Shown: positions 23,187-29,992 of the stretch, one piece after another
How positions within the stretch are numbered: position 1 is the first letter of the stretch
How the letters are laid out: each line of letters opens with the position of its first letter
IMG/VR virus record: IMGVR_UViG_3300047494_000030
Coordinates: 1 to 39,201 of that record
DNA length: 39,201 nucleotides
Strand: one strand, 5' to 3'
Origin: a virus
Position numbers and translations under genes: made by a program
Notes under the pieces: generated by a model
The model's input: the letters and a program-made list of their open reading frames with translations, nothing else
The model's database searches: none
Told to the model about the DNA's origin: nothing

Positions 23187-24955
23187 TTGCCGATGCCGGG
23201 GAGGCGGATTCCGTTCTTGCCAAGGTACTTCATGACCGACTGCTCGGCGATCGAGAACTGCTTGGTCTCTTCCTTCGGGCGCGTCTCAAGCATGTAGGTC
23301 TTGTTATTGGCCTGCAGCTCGGGCATCAGATTGTCGTTCCATGCGGTGACGGCAATGCAGAGCGCCACGACGCGATCATCCTTGGCACGACCCTCGCCGC
23401 CAATCTGGTCGCCCTGCCGGTGGATGTTGCGGAATTGACCCAGGCATTCAGGCGAGTTGACCACCATCATTTCGCGTTCGAAGTAGCTGCGGGTAGTAGA
23501 GAACATGCGGATCTTCTCACGCGCATTGGTCTGCCACTGCAGTGCAAACGAGCCCGTCAGGCTGTCCTGCTTGCGCCACAGGTAGTCGCGGATGTTACCG
23601 ACAACTTCGTAGGGGCCCTTGCGTGGGTCTCCTTTTTTCATGCTGCCGACCATGCGACGCAGATTGTTGAGCTCGTTGAACACGGTGCCGCCCGGGCCCT
23701 GCATCTCGAGCGACAGGATCGTGTTGCCGTAGAAGCCGGCCAGATGCGCAATCACCCAGGCGTACTGCTGCTCGGTCCAGTCGGTGGTGCCAATCTCAAG
23801 CACCTGCTCGACGCGATCGGCGTAGCAGCGCAGCATGCAGCCAGCGAACTCGTCGGCCCATTCGCTCGAGCCATAGGCCGGATCGCAACCGAGAACGTAA
23901 TAGCCCTTTTCGTTGGGCTCTTCCCAAATCGAGACCTCGGCCATGCTTTCGTCGGTCTGGATGAATTCTGTGTCTTCGAAGTTGAGGCCGAACTTGTAGC
24001 GGAAGAAAAGCCGCGGCTTGGTGATGGCAACCTGGTAAGCCTTGTTGGTGCGTTCGCTTGAGAAGAACTTTGATCCCGACAACTGAAACGCGTAGTTCTC
24101 GGTCGGCGGCATTTCCTGCAATGCCATCTGCTCGTCGCCCTTCATCTGCTCGACCACGTACCAGCGCCACCAGGCAATCTGCTCAGCAGTAATGTTGACC
24201 TTGTAGAGCTCGTAAATCTCGGCGACCCACACAGCTTCGTCGGACGTGAGCTCGCCATCCCAATAGGTCTTGTAGTTGACGGACTCAGGTTCGCATTGAT
24301 AGAACTCGTTGAGCCACCATCCGGCAAAGATCGCCATCTGCGTCGGCGACTTCTTGGCGACTTCCCAAGCCTCGTAGAACATATTGTAGCCGCGGGCAGT
24401 CGACTCGTAAATGTAGAGCCGATTCTCGTGCAACTGGGCCAGCGAATTCATCAGCGACGCAAAGCCTTCTTCGTCGCCCCACGACGAGCACTCGGTCGCG
24501 TGCATGTAGTTGGCAGACTTCGCTCGCCCGAGGCCGCCTTGCTTCCGCGTACCGGCGACCATGTAGAGAAGTCGCGATTTGTTGGCGAGGATCAGCTGCG
24601 TCCTGTTATGACTTTCCTGCTTTGGTTTCAGTCGCTTGGGCAGAGACTCCATGTACTGAACCAGGTGCGATCGGAACACTTCACGGTTGTCGTCTGTGTC
24701 AGTGACAACTGCGCCTTGCAGTCCCTCGTACTTGAAGAGCCAGTAAAGATCAAGCGCCAGGGTGACAGTGGAGATGCCCATCTGCCGGCCTTTCAGGATC
24801 ACGAACGAGTGAATATCGTTGTGCAGGCCTTCGGCGATTTTCTCCATGACGTAGCGCTGGCCGCCAAGCCACTTGAAAGGGATCAGGCCTTTTTCCTTGG
24901 CGCTGATCTTGAGCTCGCCACAAAAAGCCTCGAACCGCTCAACCGAGAATTCCAT
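23183..24955 (-). CDS. terL: Terminase large subunit
   Basis: 590 aa. It has a Walker-A-like VILKGRQMGISTV, a downstream acidic Walker-B-like region and a nuclease-like C-terminal half, and it lies upstream of the portal. Confidence 0.85.
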   Translation of the reverse strand: MEFSVERFEAFCGELKISAKEKGLIPFKWLGGQRYVMEKIAEGLHNDIHSFVILKGRQMGISTVTLALDLYWLFKYEGLQGAVVTDTDDNREVFRSHLVQYMESLPKRLKPKQESHNRTQLILANKSRLLYMVAGTRKQGGLGRAKSANYMHATECSSWGDEEGFASLMNSLAQLHENRLYIYESTARGYNMFYEAWEVAKKSPTQMAIFAGWWLNEFYQCEPESVNYKTYWDGELTSDEAVWVAEIYELYKVNITAEQIAWWRWYVVEQMKGDEQMALQEMPPTENYAFQLSGSKFFSSERTNKAYQVAITKPRLFFRYKFGLNFEDTEFIQTDESMAEVSIWEEPNEKGYYVLGCDPAYGSSEWADEFAGCMLRCYADRVEQVLEIGTTDWTEQQYAWVIAHLAGFYGNTILSLEMQGPGGTVFNELNNLRRMVGSMKKGDPRKGPYEVVGNIRDYLWRKQDSLTGSFALQWQTNAREKIRMFSTTRSYFEREMMVVNSPECLGQFRNIHRQGDQIGGEGRAKDDRVVALCIAVTAWNDNLMPELQANNKTYMLETRPKEETKQFSIAEQSVMKYLGKNGIRLPGIGK

Positions 24956-24977
24956 TATTTGATGGCCGGATTATCCA

Positions 24978-25187
24978 CTACGGCCTCACCATCGTGTAGA
25001 CACCCAGAATTTCGTTGCGAAAGTATTCGTTGAGCGATGTCGAGTTGGTCAGCTCATGCCAGACATGCTTGGGCACCCCCTCATACTGGTAGACACCGCC
25101 ATGGTGAAACTCGATCTCAAGCAGACACAGCGACTCATCGTAGCCGATCTCCTTGATGTTCTCCGACGTAACGGGGTCTCGCTTCAA
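24978..25187 (-). CDS. KTSC-domain protein
   Basis: 69 aa. IKEIGYDESLCLLEIEFHHGGVYQYEGVPKHVWHELTNSTSLNEYFRNEI matches the KTSC (lysyl-tRNA synthetase C-terminal-like) domain pattern. Confidence 0.8.
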   Translation of the reverse strand: MKRDPVTSENIKEIGYDESLCLLEIEFHHGGVYQYEGVPKHVWHELTNSTSLNEYFRNEILGVYTMVRP

Positions 25188-25354
25188 ATCTTCGCTCGAT
25201 TCATCTGCTCGATTTTGACAATCTCAAGCACGCCGATGATTTCAACCAGCATGAGAGAGTCGAAACGCTCCTCGTCGATCAGGCTATGGATCGCTCCTAC
25301 CAGAGTATTCACATGAGACTTGATCTCATGTTGAATGACTTCACTACTCGACAT
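25184..25354 (-). CDS. Hypothetical protein, 56 aa (MSSSEVIQHEIK...)
   Basis: Only the C-terminal 56 codons of the tracked 160-aa ORF have protein-like composition. The upstream part overlaps two better ORFs and is Arg/Ser-rich. Confidence 0.4.
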   Translation of the reverse strand: MSSSEVIQHEIKSHVNTLVGAIHSLIDEERFDSLMLVEIIGVLEIVKIEQMNRAKI

Positions 25355-25547
25355 CGACGTCAGCCGTCGCGTCGACCACACCTTGCGGACCAAGCTCAAG
25401 GATCTGATCCTGGCTCGCGACCTCAGCCTTGAACTCATTGCGAACAATGTGATTGATGGCCTGCGACTGCGACTTGGCGCGCACCAGCTCGCGCTTCTTG
25501 TCGCCTTCGCGGGACACCACGTAGATTCTGCTTGGTGCCGCTGCCAT
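25344..25547 (-). CDS. Hypothetical small protein, 67 aa
   Basis: ORF with protein-like composition upstream of the terminase. No domain recognised. Confidence 0.5.
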   Translation of the reverse strand: MAAAPSRIYVVSREGDKKRELVRAKSQSQAINHIVRNEFKAEVASQDQILELGPQGVVDATADVDVE

Positions 25548-25559
25548 GCCGTTCTCCTG

Positions 25560-25937
25560 TTAACCGTTGAGCATACCCTTGACATGCTTGATGCGGGGCG
25601 CTTCCTCTTCCAAAATGCGCTGCCCATTGACTTGCTGAACCGCCTGAGCGCGCATGTTGCGTGCAATATGATCGCGCGTCGCGTTGTTCAGATCGTCGCC
25701 TTCGGGAATCTCGGTGATGTCGCCAGATGCCTGGCCCTGCTCGAGCAGCGAGCCAGCAATCGCCAGCGCAATCGTTGCAGCTTGCTCAGGGCCATTTGCG
25801 CCCAGACACGCCTGCAGCGCAAAACCTTCGAAGATCGGTGCTTTCAACAGCTCGAGCGCCATGCGAGCTTTCAGCGACATCAGCGCGCCGGTTTCGAAAG
25901 CCGACAATTGATTCGGGGGGAATTTCATTTCTGGCAT
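25560..25937 (-). CDS. Hypothetical protein, 125 aa (small-terminase position, unproven)
   Basis: ATG at 25937 with GGAAA about 8 nt upstream. The tracked TTG start at 25943 is less likely. No recognisable TerS motif. Confidence 0.45.
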   Translation of the reverse strand: MPEMKFPPNQLSAFETGALMSLKARMALELLKAPIFEGFALQACLGANGPEQAATIALAIAGSLLEQGQASGDITEIPEGDDLNNATRDHIARNMRAQAVQQVNGQRILEEEAPRIKHVKGMLNG

Positions 25938-26012
25938 GGTCAATTTTCCTTCGGGTTGAGCTACAGAAAGAGGGTCTTAAAATTGGTGAGAGAGTCGGGG
26001 CGCTACTCCCGA

Positions 26013-26055
26013 TGATGGCCGCCCGGACTCGAACCGAGAATCTCCCCTGCCGGGG
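26013..26055 (-). other. tRNA 3'-half-like element (T-arm plus acceptor 3' strand), not a complete tRNA
   Basis: The minus strand reads CCCCGGCAGGGGAGATT-CTCGG-TTCGAGT-CCGGG-CGGCCAT-CA. That gives a canonical GGTTCGAGTCC T-loop with a 5-bp stem and a 7-nt acceptor-like strand. No complementary 5' acceptor strand, D arm or anticodon arm is found upstream. Confidence 0.45.
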
Positions 26056-26152
26056 CATTTTCCCAAATTAAAATAAGGCCTGACTTGCGATCTTGGTTGC
26101 CGCCTCACGCAAGCCTTTCGTGTCTGCTTTCCACGTCGCTCTCTCATGAAAC

Positions 26153-26371
26153 CTAGTCCTTGGTGGCGGGCACTTCTTGAGCGAACCGGATGATGCGCCG
26201 CACTCGACTTAAGTGCTCGTGAGCCCTTTCAATGTTAGCGACAAATTCCGTCATGTCGGGCTTCCCAAATTGCTCATCGGCACGAATCATCGCACTCATG
26301 GCGATGCGGAAGTTGTCAGCTAACGAGCGTACTGGCGGCACAGAACTCACTTGATCCTCCAGACCCGACAC
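26153..26371 (-). CDS. Hypothetical protein, 72 aa
   Basis: Second gene of the late arm, overlapping the upstream ORF by 25 nt. Confidence 0.45.
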   Translation of the reverse strand: MSGLEDQVSSVPPVRSLADNFRIAMSAMIRADEQFGKPDMTEFVANIERAHEHLSRVRRIIRFAQEVPATKD

Positions 26372-26622
26372 GACTTGCCCTTCACCAGCGTGCGAACCTT
26401 GAACGCCTTGCCCTCAGCCTGCGGCTTCTTCATGTACCAGTCCAAAGCCTTCGATACCGCCTGGTAGGACCGATTCACAACCGCCGACTCGCGCGGGTGC
26501 ATCAGATCGAAAAGATACTGCGCCGCCCGACCAGAATTTCGCCCCGTCGGCGGCGCAATCACCCTCTTGTCGATCGTCATGTCAAACGCAGGCAATCCAC
26601 CTACCGATGCAGCTTTCTCCAT
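26347..26622 (-). CDS. Hypothetical protein, 91 aa, first gene of the late arm (ends ...KGKSCRVWRIK)
   Basis: The ORF starts at the edge of the 546-bp intergenic region. No domain could be named with confidence. Confidence 0.5.
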   Translation of the reverse strand: MEKAASVGGLPAFDMTIDKRVIAPPTGRNSGRAAQYLFDLMHPRESAVVNRSYQAVSKALDWYMKKPQAEGKAFKVRTLVKGKSCRVWRIK

Positions 26623-26782
26623 GTCGCTACCACTTTAACTAGTGACCACACTATAGATCACCACTACAACAATTGGAATACAACTTCTAAAATTCTTTTT
26701 TTGGGGGAAACGTGAGGGGCACTCGTTCTCGGTGATGCAAAACCCAAGGAATTCCTTACGCCCAGGGCAAAAACGCGGAGAT

Positions 26783-26811
26783 TTGACAGTCGAAAGTGGT
26801 TTACATAATAA
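26783..26811 (+). promoter_or_regulatory. Near-consensus sigma70 promoter facing right (TTGACA, 17-nt spacer, TAATAA)
   Basis: TTGACA lies at 26783-26788, followed by an exact 17-nt spacer and TAATAA at 26806-26811. It sits in an AT-richer non-coding region about 360 nt upstream of the next credible CDS. Confidence 0.6.
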
Positions 26812-26959
26812 AGGTTATGCGAATGTGCACTGCATCATACTAAACTAATCAACAGGTTAGGCCATCTGTCCGATTATCGAGTGAGCTGGCAGCATGTTAA
26901 ATCCGATGATGCGTCGCAACAATGGAAGGAATTACAAGCTCTCTGCCGAGCTGCAGTGC

Positions 26960-27004
26960 TGCTGGTCGATGCGGTCTGGTGCTGGTCGATGGCTCGCGGT
27001 CTGG
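26960..27004. repeat. Tandem direct repeat, unit TGCTGGTCGATG-(0 or 5 nt)-CGGTCTGG, two copies
   Basis: TGCTGGTCGATG occurs at 26960 and 26980. CGGTCTGG occurs at 26972 and 26997. Confidence 0.85.
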
Positions 27005-27168
27005 TATACGACATTTCGTATGGCGAGGGGCGCTGCGCTCGCCTCCCGCTTATACATCATAAAACGATCTTTCTATATAACGAATTGATCTAACGATTTT
27101 CCTTGTGTTGTTCTGGCGCTGTGCTAGTCTGTGGCTGTTCCTAACCATTTGGTTAAGACATTCTCACG

Positions 27169-27381
27169 GTGACGGTTCCAGATTACAAAACAGAGGACGG
27201 TCGCCGGTTCGGCAAGATCGCAGATGCTGCATCCTACATCGTCAAGGCTTGCAACGCTCACGATGAACTGGTGGCAGCGCTCAAGGAAGCGAAAGACGTG
27301 CTCCAAAACTGCCCTGCAACGGGCGACCTTGTTCGCGCTGTGTTCAAGGCCGATGCCGCACTCGCCAAGGTGGCCGCATGA
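27169..27381 (+). CDS. Hypothetical small protein, 70 aa (GTG start)
   Basis: First ORF of the plus-strand mini-cassette, with helical Ala/Lys/Asp-rich composition. It forms an ATGA overlap with the next ORF. The SD is weak. Confidence 0.45.
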   Translation: MTVPDYKTEDGRRFGKIADAASYIVKACNAHDELVAALKEAKDVLQNCPATGDLVRAVFKADAALAKVAA

Positions 27382-27524
27382 GCTACCTAGAACAGTTCAA
27401 CGCATTGTGCAAGGCAGCGGGACAGCCGCAGATCAAGCTGAATGCTGATGGTTCATTTGTGATTGTTTCTGTGCCGAAGATCGTTCGCGATACGCTGAAC
27501 GCTGCAGCGAAGGTGCGTAAATGA
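27378..27524 (+). CDS. Hypothetical small protein, 48 aa (MSYLEQFNALCKAAGQPQIKLNADGSFVIVSVPKIVRDTLNAAAKVRK)
   Basis: ATGA overlaps at both ends suggest translational coupling. Confidence 0.4.
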   Translation: MSYLEQFNALCKAAGQPQIKLNADGSFVIVSVPKIVRDTLNAAAKVRK

Positions 27525-27592
27525 GCGCTGATTTTGCGACGTTGGACGCTCTCTTAGAGGGCGTTCCTTTTTCCTACTTGGAGGTTCTATGA
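27521..27592 (+). CDS. Possible 23-aa ORF (MSADFATLDALLEGVPFSYLEVL)
   Basis: It bridges the two neighbouring ORFs with ATGA overlaps. It is very short. Confidence 0.25.
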   Translation: MSADFATLDALLEGVPFSYLEVL

Positions 27593-27735
27593 AACGTCTT
27601 GTCCTGCTGTTGCTGTTCCTGCCGCTCTATGCGTTTGCGCTCAATGGTCCTGCTCGCATGCCTGTAGGGCCGATGAAGCGGCCTGTGATCGTTCACTATC
27701 CGATCATGGGGCCTGTGATTAACGGCAGGCATTGA
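27589..27735 (+). CDS. Small secreted peptide, 48 aa, with cleavable signal peptide (MKRLVLLLLFLPLYAFA / LNGPARMPVGPMKRPVIVHYPIMGPVINGRH)
   Basis: GGAGG SD 5 nt upstream, a classic n-h-c signal peptide with an AFA cleavage motif, and a Pro-rich basic mature part. A terminator follows. Confidence 0.55.
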   Translation: MKRLVLLLLFLPLYAFALNGPARMPVGPMKRPVIVHYPIMGPVINGRH

Positions 27736-27737
27736 TC

Positions 27738-27770
27738 AAAAAAGCCGGCGTTTTGCCGGTTTTGATTTTT
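27738..27770. terminator. Bidirectional intrinsic terminator
   Basis: Stem AAAGCCGGC / GCCGGTTT with a 5-nt loop, flanked by an A-run upstream and TTTGATTTTT downstream. It lies between the plus mini-cassette and the end of the early-left operon. Confidence 0.75.
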
Positions 27771-27891
27771 AGGCCCTAGAATCGATTTGTTTGGTGTCAA
27801 GCTGGGTAGGTATTGACAGGTCGGTTTTCGTTGAACTGGCGTCGATCTGAGCGGGATTTGGGCTATTCGGCATGGGGTTTGTCTTTCCAGC

Positions 27892-28155
27892 TCATCGCTG
27901 CCCTTTTTCAAGGTCAAGCCAACCCGTCGGCAAACCGAGCCGCTGCTCGATGTCCCTGGCGGTTATTTCGGAGATCGTGCGAACCGGGTTCGGTCCACAA
28001 AGCTGGTGAATCCGGGCATCGCTCACGCCTGTGCGACGCGCAAGCTCGGCGAATGATCCGAGCATCTGCGCACACTCTCGCAGGTTCGCGACGCGGCGCT
28101 TGAGCAGCCCTTCGACCAGCGCCATGCGCTTGCGGCGTTCGGCCTGGCTAAGCAT
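27892..28155 (-). CDS. CI/Cro-family HTH DNA-binding protein without a peptidase domain
   Basis: Start taken at MLSQAERR (8-nt overlap with the VRR-NUC stop). FAELARRTGVSDARIHQLCG forms an HTH, and the C-terminal IEQRLGLPTGWLD is typical of phage repressor N-terminal domains. Confidence 0.65.
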   Translation of the reverse strand: MLSQAERRKRMALVEGLLKRRVANLRECAQMLGSFAELARRTGVSDARIHQLCGPNPVRTISEITARDIEQRLGLPTGWLDLEKGQR

Positions 28156-28432
28156 CGCCGGCTTTCGACATGAATTTGACTGTCGCTTCGACATCGGCGA
28201 TCGAGCGGTTCACGAACACCCGGCCGCGCCACGTCTGGTGGAATTCGGTCTGATGCGCTCGAGGATCTTCGCCCGGCATTTTGACCTCAACTAGCCAGGT
28301 GCGCAGGTTTTTGGCGACGATCAGGTCCGGGAAGCCGTTGCCGATCTGGCTCGCGTCCTGGGTGGTGCAGCCGAGCTGCTCGTAGGCTTTGACGATCTCG
28401 GCCTGGTTGCCGTCGGTGCGTTTGCGGATCAT
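28148..28432 (-). CDS. VRR-NUC domain nuclease (PD-(D/E)XK fold)
   Basis: The motif GFPDLIVAKNLRTWLVEVKMPGEDPRAHQ matches the VRR-NUC catalytic core (PD...EVK...Q). Confidence 0.75.
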   Translation of the reverse strand: MIRKRTDGNQAEIVKAYEQLGCTTQDASQIGNGFPDLIVAKNLRTWLVEVKMPGEDPRAHQTEFHQTWRGRVFVNRSIADVEATVKFMSKAGDA

Positions 28433-28644
28433 GCCGGCTTGATGCGCTTGGGCTGCTCGTCGGTGGTGAACGCGCTCCTCGCGAACCGCACCAGTTCACG
28501 GCGCGCCTGCTCGGCGACGTCGTCACCATGCTTGGCCCTCACGTCTCGGATGTACGGCGTTTCGTTTGATGCGACGCCCATGCGCTTGAGGTCGACGGCG
28601 TGTCGGAATTTGGCCCATGAGGCGCGCTGTTCTTCGATGCTCAT
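28429..28644 (-). CDS. Hypothetical protein, 71 aa
   Basis: Start taken at MSIEEQRASW, which forms an ATGA overlap with the DUF1376 stop. Confidence 0.45.
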   Translation of the reverse strand: MSIEEQRASWAKFRHAVDLKRMGVASNETPYIRDVRAKHGDDVAEQARRELVRFARSAFTTDEQPKRIKPA

Positions 28645-29264
28645 GCTGCTTTTCCTTTCGAAATCTGCTCGATCTTGGCGAAGCACTCCGCCTTGACCAT
28701 GTCGTAGGTCTTGCTGCCGATGTCAATTGCGAGTTCTTCGGCTTTCGCGACGATTCCAGCCTTCGTCATCCACCACTTCACCGGCGCTCGAGTTTTCGGC
28801 TTGGCCGAGTTATCCACAGCCCCTTGGCTTTGAAGCCTTACACCGCTATTGTTTTTATTGGGATTGGGATTGGGAGCATTGCCATCGCATATGCCTTCGC
28901 TGTGGATAAGTGGTGCGTTCGCATCCTCATTTATTGATGCGTTCGCATGCTTCCAGCGTGCGTTCGCAGATGCCTTCGCTTTGTTACTTTTTTGCTTGAA
29001 CTTGGCAATCTCCTCCTCACAGCGGTGCTGGACCCATCCGTTTTCGGTCTCGACAAAGAATTCCTCAAGCACACTCTTGACTGCTGTCTTTTCTGCTTTT
29101 GAGAAAGCGCGCACAAGTCGAAAAATTTCAGATAATTTTCTCGGAATCGCGACCTCTTTTCCGTAATAAACGTCGAGCAGCCGACGATATGCACAATCTT
29201 CGAGCCACGATAAATGGGCCGTCGAGGCGCTGTAATCACCGATGTTGTGAGCATAGAAATTCAA
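28641..29264 (-). CDS. DUF1376 (YdaU-like) phage replication-associated protein
   Basis: The N-terminus MNFYAHNIGDYSASTAHLSWLEDCAYRRLLDVYYGKEVAIP matches the DUF1376 pattern. The C-terminal part is a basic low-complexity region. Confidence 0.75.
   Translation of the reverse strand: MNFYAHNIGDYSASTAHLSWLEDCAYRRLLDVYYGKEVAIPRKLSEIFRLVRAFSKAEKTAVKSVLEEFFVETENGWVQHRCEEEIAKFKQKSNKAKASANARWKHANASINEDANAPLIHSEGICDGNAPNPNPNKNNSGVRLQSQGAVDNSAKPKTRAPVKWWMTKAGIVAKAEELAIDIGSKTYDMVKAECFAKIEQISKGKAA
28914..28968. repeat. Three exact copies of TGCGTTCGCA spaced 24 and 21 nt apart (iteron-like) inside the DUF1376 gene
   Basis: Copies lie at 28914-28923, 28938-28947 and 28959-28968. They are flanked by two ATGCCTTCGCT copies (28891, 28970), an ATTGGG x3 run (28857-28874) and an AT-rich tract (28981-29000). 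Confidence 0.85.
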
Positions 29265-29461
29265 AAGGATGCCTCCGCTTTGTCCAGCTCAATTTGCTCA
29301 AGCGCCCGATCATGAAAGTCCGGGTCGTTCCACCGGCGCTTGGTGCCGTCAGCGCGCGACCCGCCGCACGCACACTTCGGCGGCCGGAGGTAGTCGTCAG
29401 GGTGGCGCGATAAGACCCGCCGGCCGTCGCACTTGCGGCAACGCACATGGCAACGACTCAC
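29261..29461 (-). CDS. Small zinc-finger protein, 66 aa
   Basis: Cys clusters CHVRCRKC and CACG are present. Start and stop overlap the neighbouring genes. Confidence 0.5.
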   Translation of the reverse strand: MSRCHVRCRKCDGRRVLSRHPDDYLRPPKCACGGSRADGTKRRWNDPDFHDRALEQIELDKAEASF

Positions 29462-29640
29462 TCGGCGACCTTCAGGTGTTGCCCGCCGGTCTGCATGAAG
29501 CGAATCGTGCGCATCTCGATCAGCGCCTTTTCGAGCATCTCCATTGACGCACTGCGGTGCCCGGCACTCTCAGCATTGTCTGCTGCGATCATGAGCGCCT
29601 GCACGGTCCTGATGCGACCAAGAATTGAGTTATCAGCCAT
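29458..29640 (-). CDS. Hypothetical protein, 60 aa (MADNSILGRIRTVQALMIAADNAES...)
   Basis: Start taken at the internal Met, which overlaps the stop of the upstream 41-aa ORF. Confidence 0.45.
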   Translation of the reverse strand: MADNSILGRIRTVQALMIAADNAESAGHRSASMEMLEKALIEMRTIRFMQTGGQHLKVAE

Positions 29641-29761
29641 GTGGCCTCGGCGCTGCAAGAATGATCTGCATGTAATGGCGTATCCCGACGCGCCTGGCAA
29701 GTAGCGCAGCCTCGCTGGCAGTGAGCGCGCCGATACGGTACGCCGTGAGAATTTCAGACAT
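29636..29761 (-). CDS. Possible 41-aa ORF (MSEILTAYRIGALTASEAALLARRVGIRHYMQIILAAPRPHG)
   Basis: ATG with GGAG about 17 nt upstream (weak). It fills the gap between the Cro-like gene and the next ORF. Confidence 0.35.
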
Positions 29762-29782
29762 GGTCAATTGCACTGCAGCTCC

Positions 29783-29956
29783 TTACTTCGTGTCAGCTTT
29801 CAATCTTCCTCGAGTAAGACGCTCAATTTGGTATTGCCGCAGTATCGGTACTCGCTTTGCAATGAACCATTGAGCCACCGCCGACTGACCAACGCCAAGC
29901 GCTTCAGCGATGGCTGTCTGCGTCTTCCATTTTTTCTTGAGGTCTGAAGGTGTCAT
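29783..29956 (-). CDS. Cro/YdaS-like HTH protein, 57 aa, first gene of the early-left operon
   Basis: MTPSDLKKKWKTQTAIAEALGVGQSAVAQWFIAKRVPILRQYQIERLTRGRLKADTK. The pattern TQTAIAEALGVGQSAVAQW followed by VP and IE..T.G.LK is typical of YdaS/Cro-like regulators. The ORF is below the 60-aa track cutoff. Confidence 0.7.
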   Translation of the reverse strand: MTPSDLKKKWKTQTAIAEALGVGQSAVAQWFIAKRVPILRQYQIERLTRGRLKADTK

Positions 29957-29963
29957 GGACACG

Positions 29964-29992
29964 ATATTAGGACACTAATAATTATTTTGCAA
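29964..29992 (-). promoter_or_regulatory. Leftward sigma70 promoter (TTGCAA, 17-nt spacer, TAATAT) giving a leaderless or near-leaderless Cro-like mRNA
   Basis: On the minus strand, TTGCAA lies at 29992-29987, followed by a 17-nt spacer and TAATAT at 29969-29964. The ATG at 29956 begins 8 nt after the -10 hexamer (7 nt intervening) and has no SD. Confidence 0.6.

Noticed and set aside
9178-25033. Long plus-strand ORFs antisense to late genes (for example 9178-9909, 16742-17428, 17654-18340, 20693-21325, 23420-24061, 24296-25033)
   Set aside because: They are antisense open frames expected in GC-rich DNA. Their composition is Arg/Leu/His-rich, they lack SD sequences, and each is entirely covered by a syntenic, recognisable minus-strand gene.
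25184-25666. The full 160-aa minus-strand ORF
   Set aside because: Its N-terminal ~100 codons overlap the 67-aa and 125-aa ORFs out of frame and are Arg/Ser/Cys-rich. Only the last 56 codons (25184-25354) look protein-like.
26013-26100. A complete tRNA gene on the minus strand, suggested by the GGTTCGAGTCC T-loop
   Set aside because: The 7-nt strand after the T-arm (CGGCCAT) has no complementary 5' partner ([A/G]TGG[C/T][C/T]G) within about 100 nt upstream. No D arm or 5+7+5 anticodon arm can be drawn either; the only nearby stem is CCCC-GGCA-GGGG with a 4-nt loop. It is kept only as a tRNA 3'-half-like element.
26881-27093. Two overlapping ORFs (70 and 64 aa) inside the large intergenic region
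   Set aside because: They have no SD. One needs a GTG start. Both are Trp/Cys/Arg-rich and cover the direct repeats and the hairpin. The region is treated as non-coding, although a small protein cannot be fully excluded.
27800-27890. TTGACA hexamers on both strands between the terminator and the HTH gene as additional promoters
   Set aside because: No acceptable -10 hexamer lies at 16-18 nt spacing on either strand.
27696-27917. 73-aa minus-strand ORF spanning the bidirectional terminator
   Set aside because: It runs through the terminator hairpin and overlaps the secreted-peptide gene antisense. It has no SD and an implausible composition.
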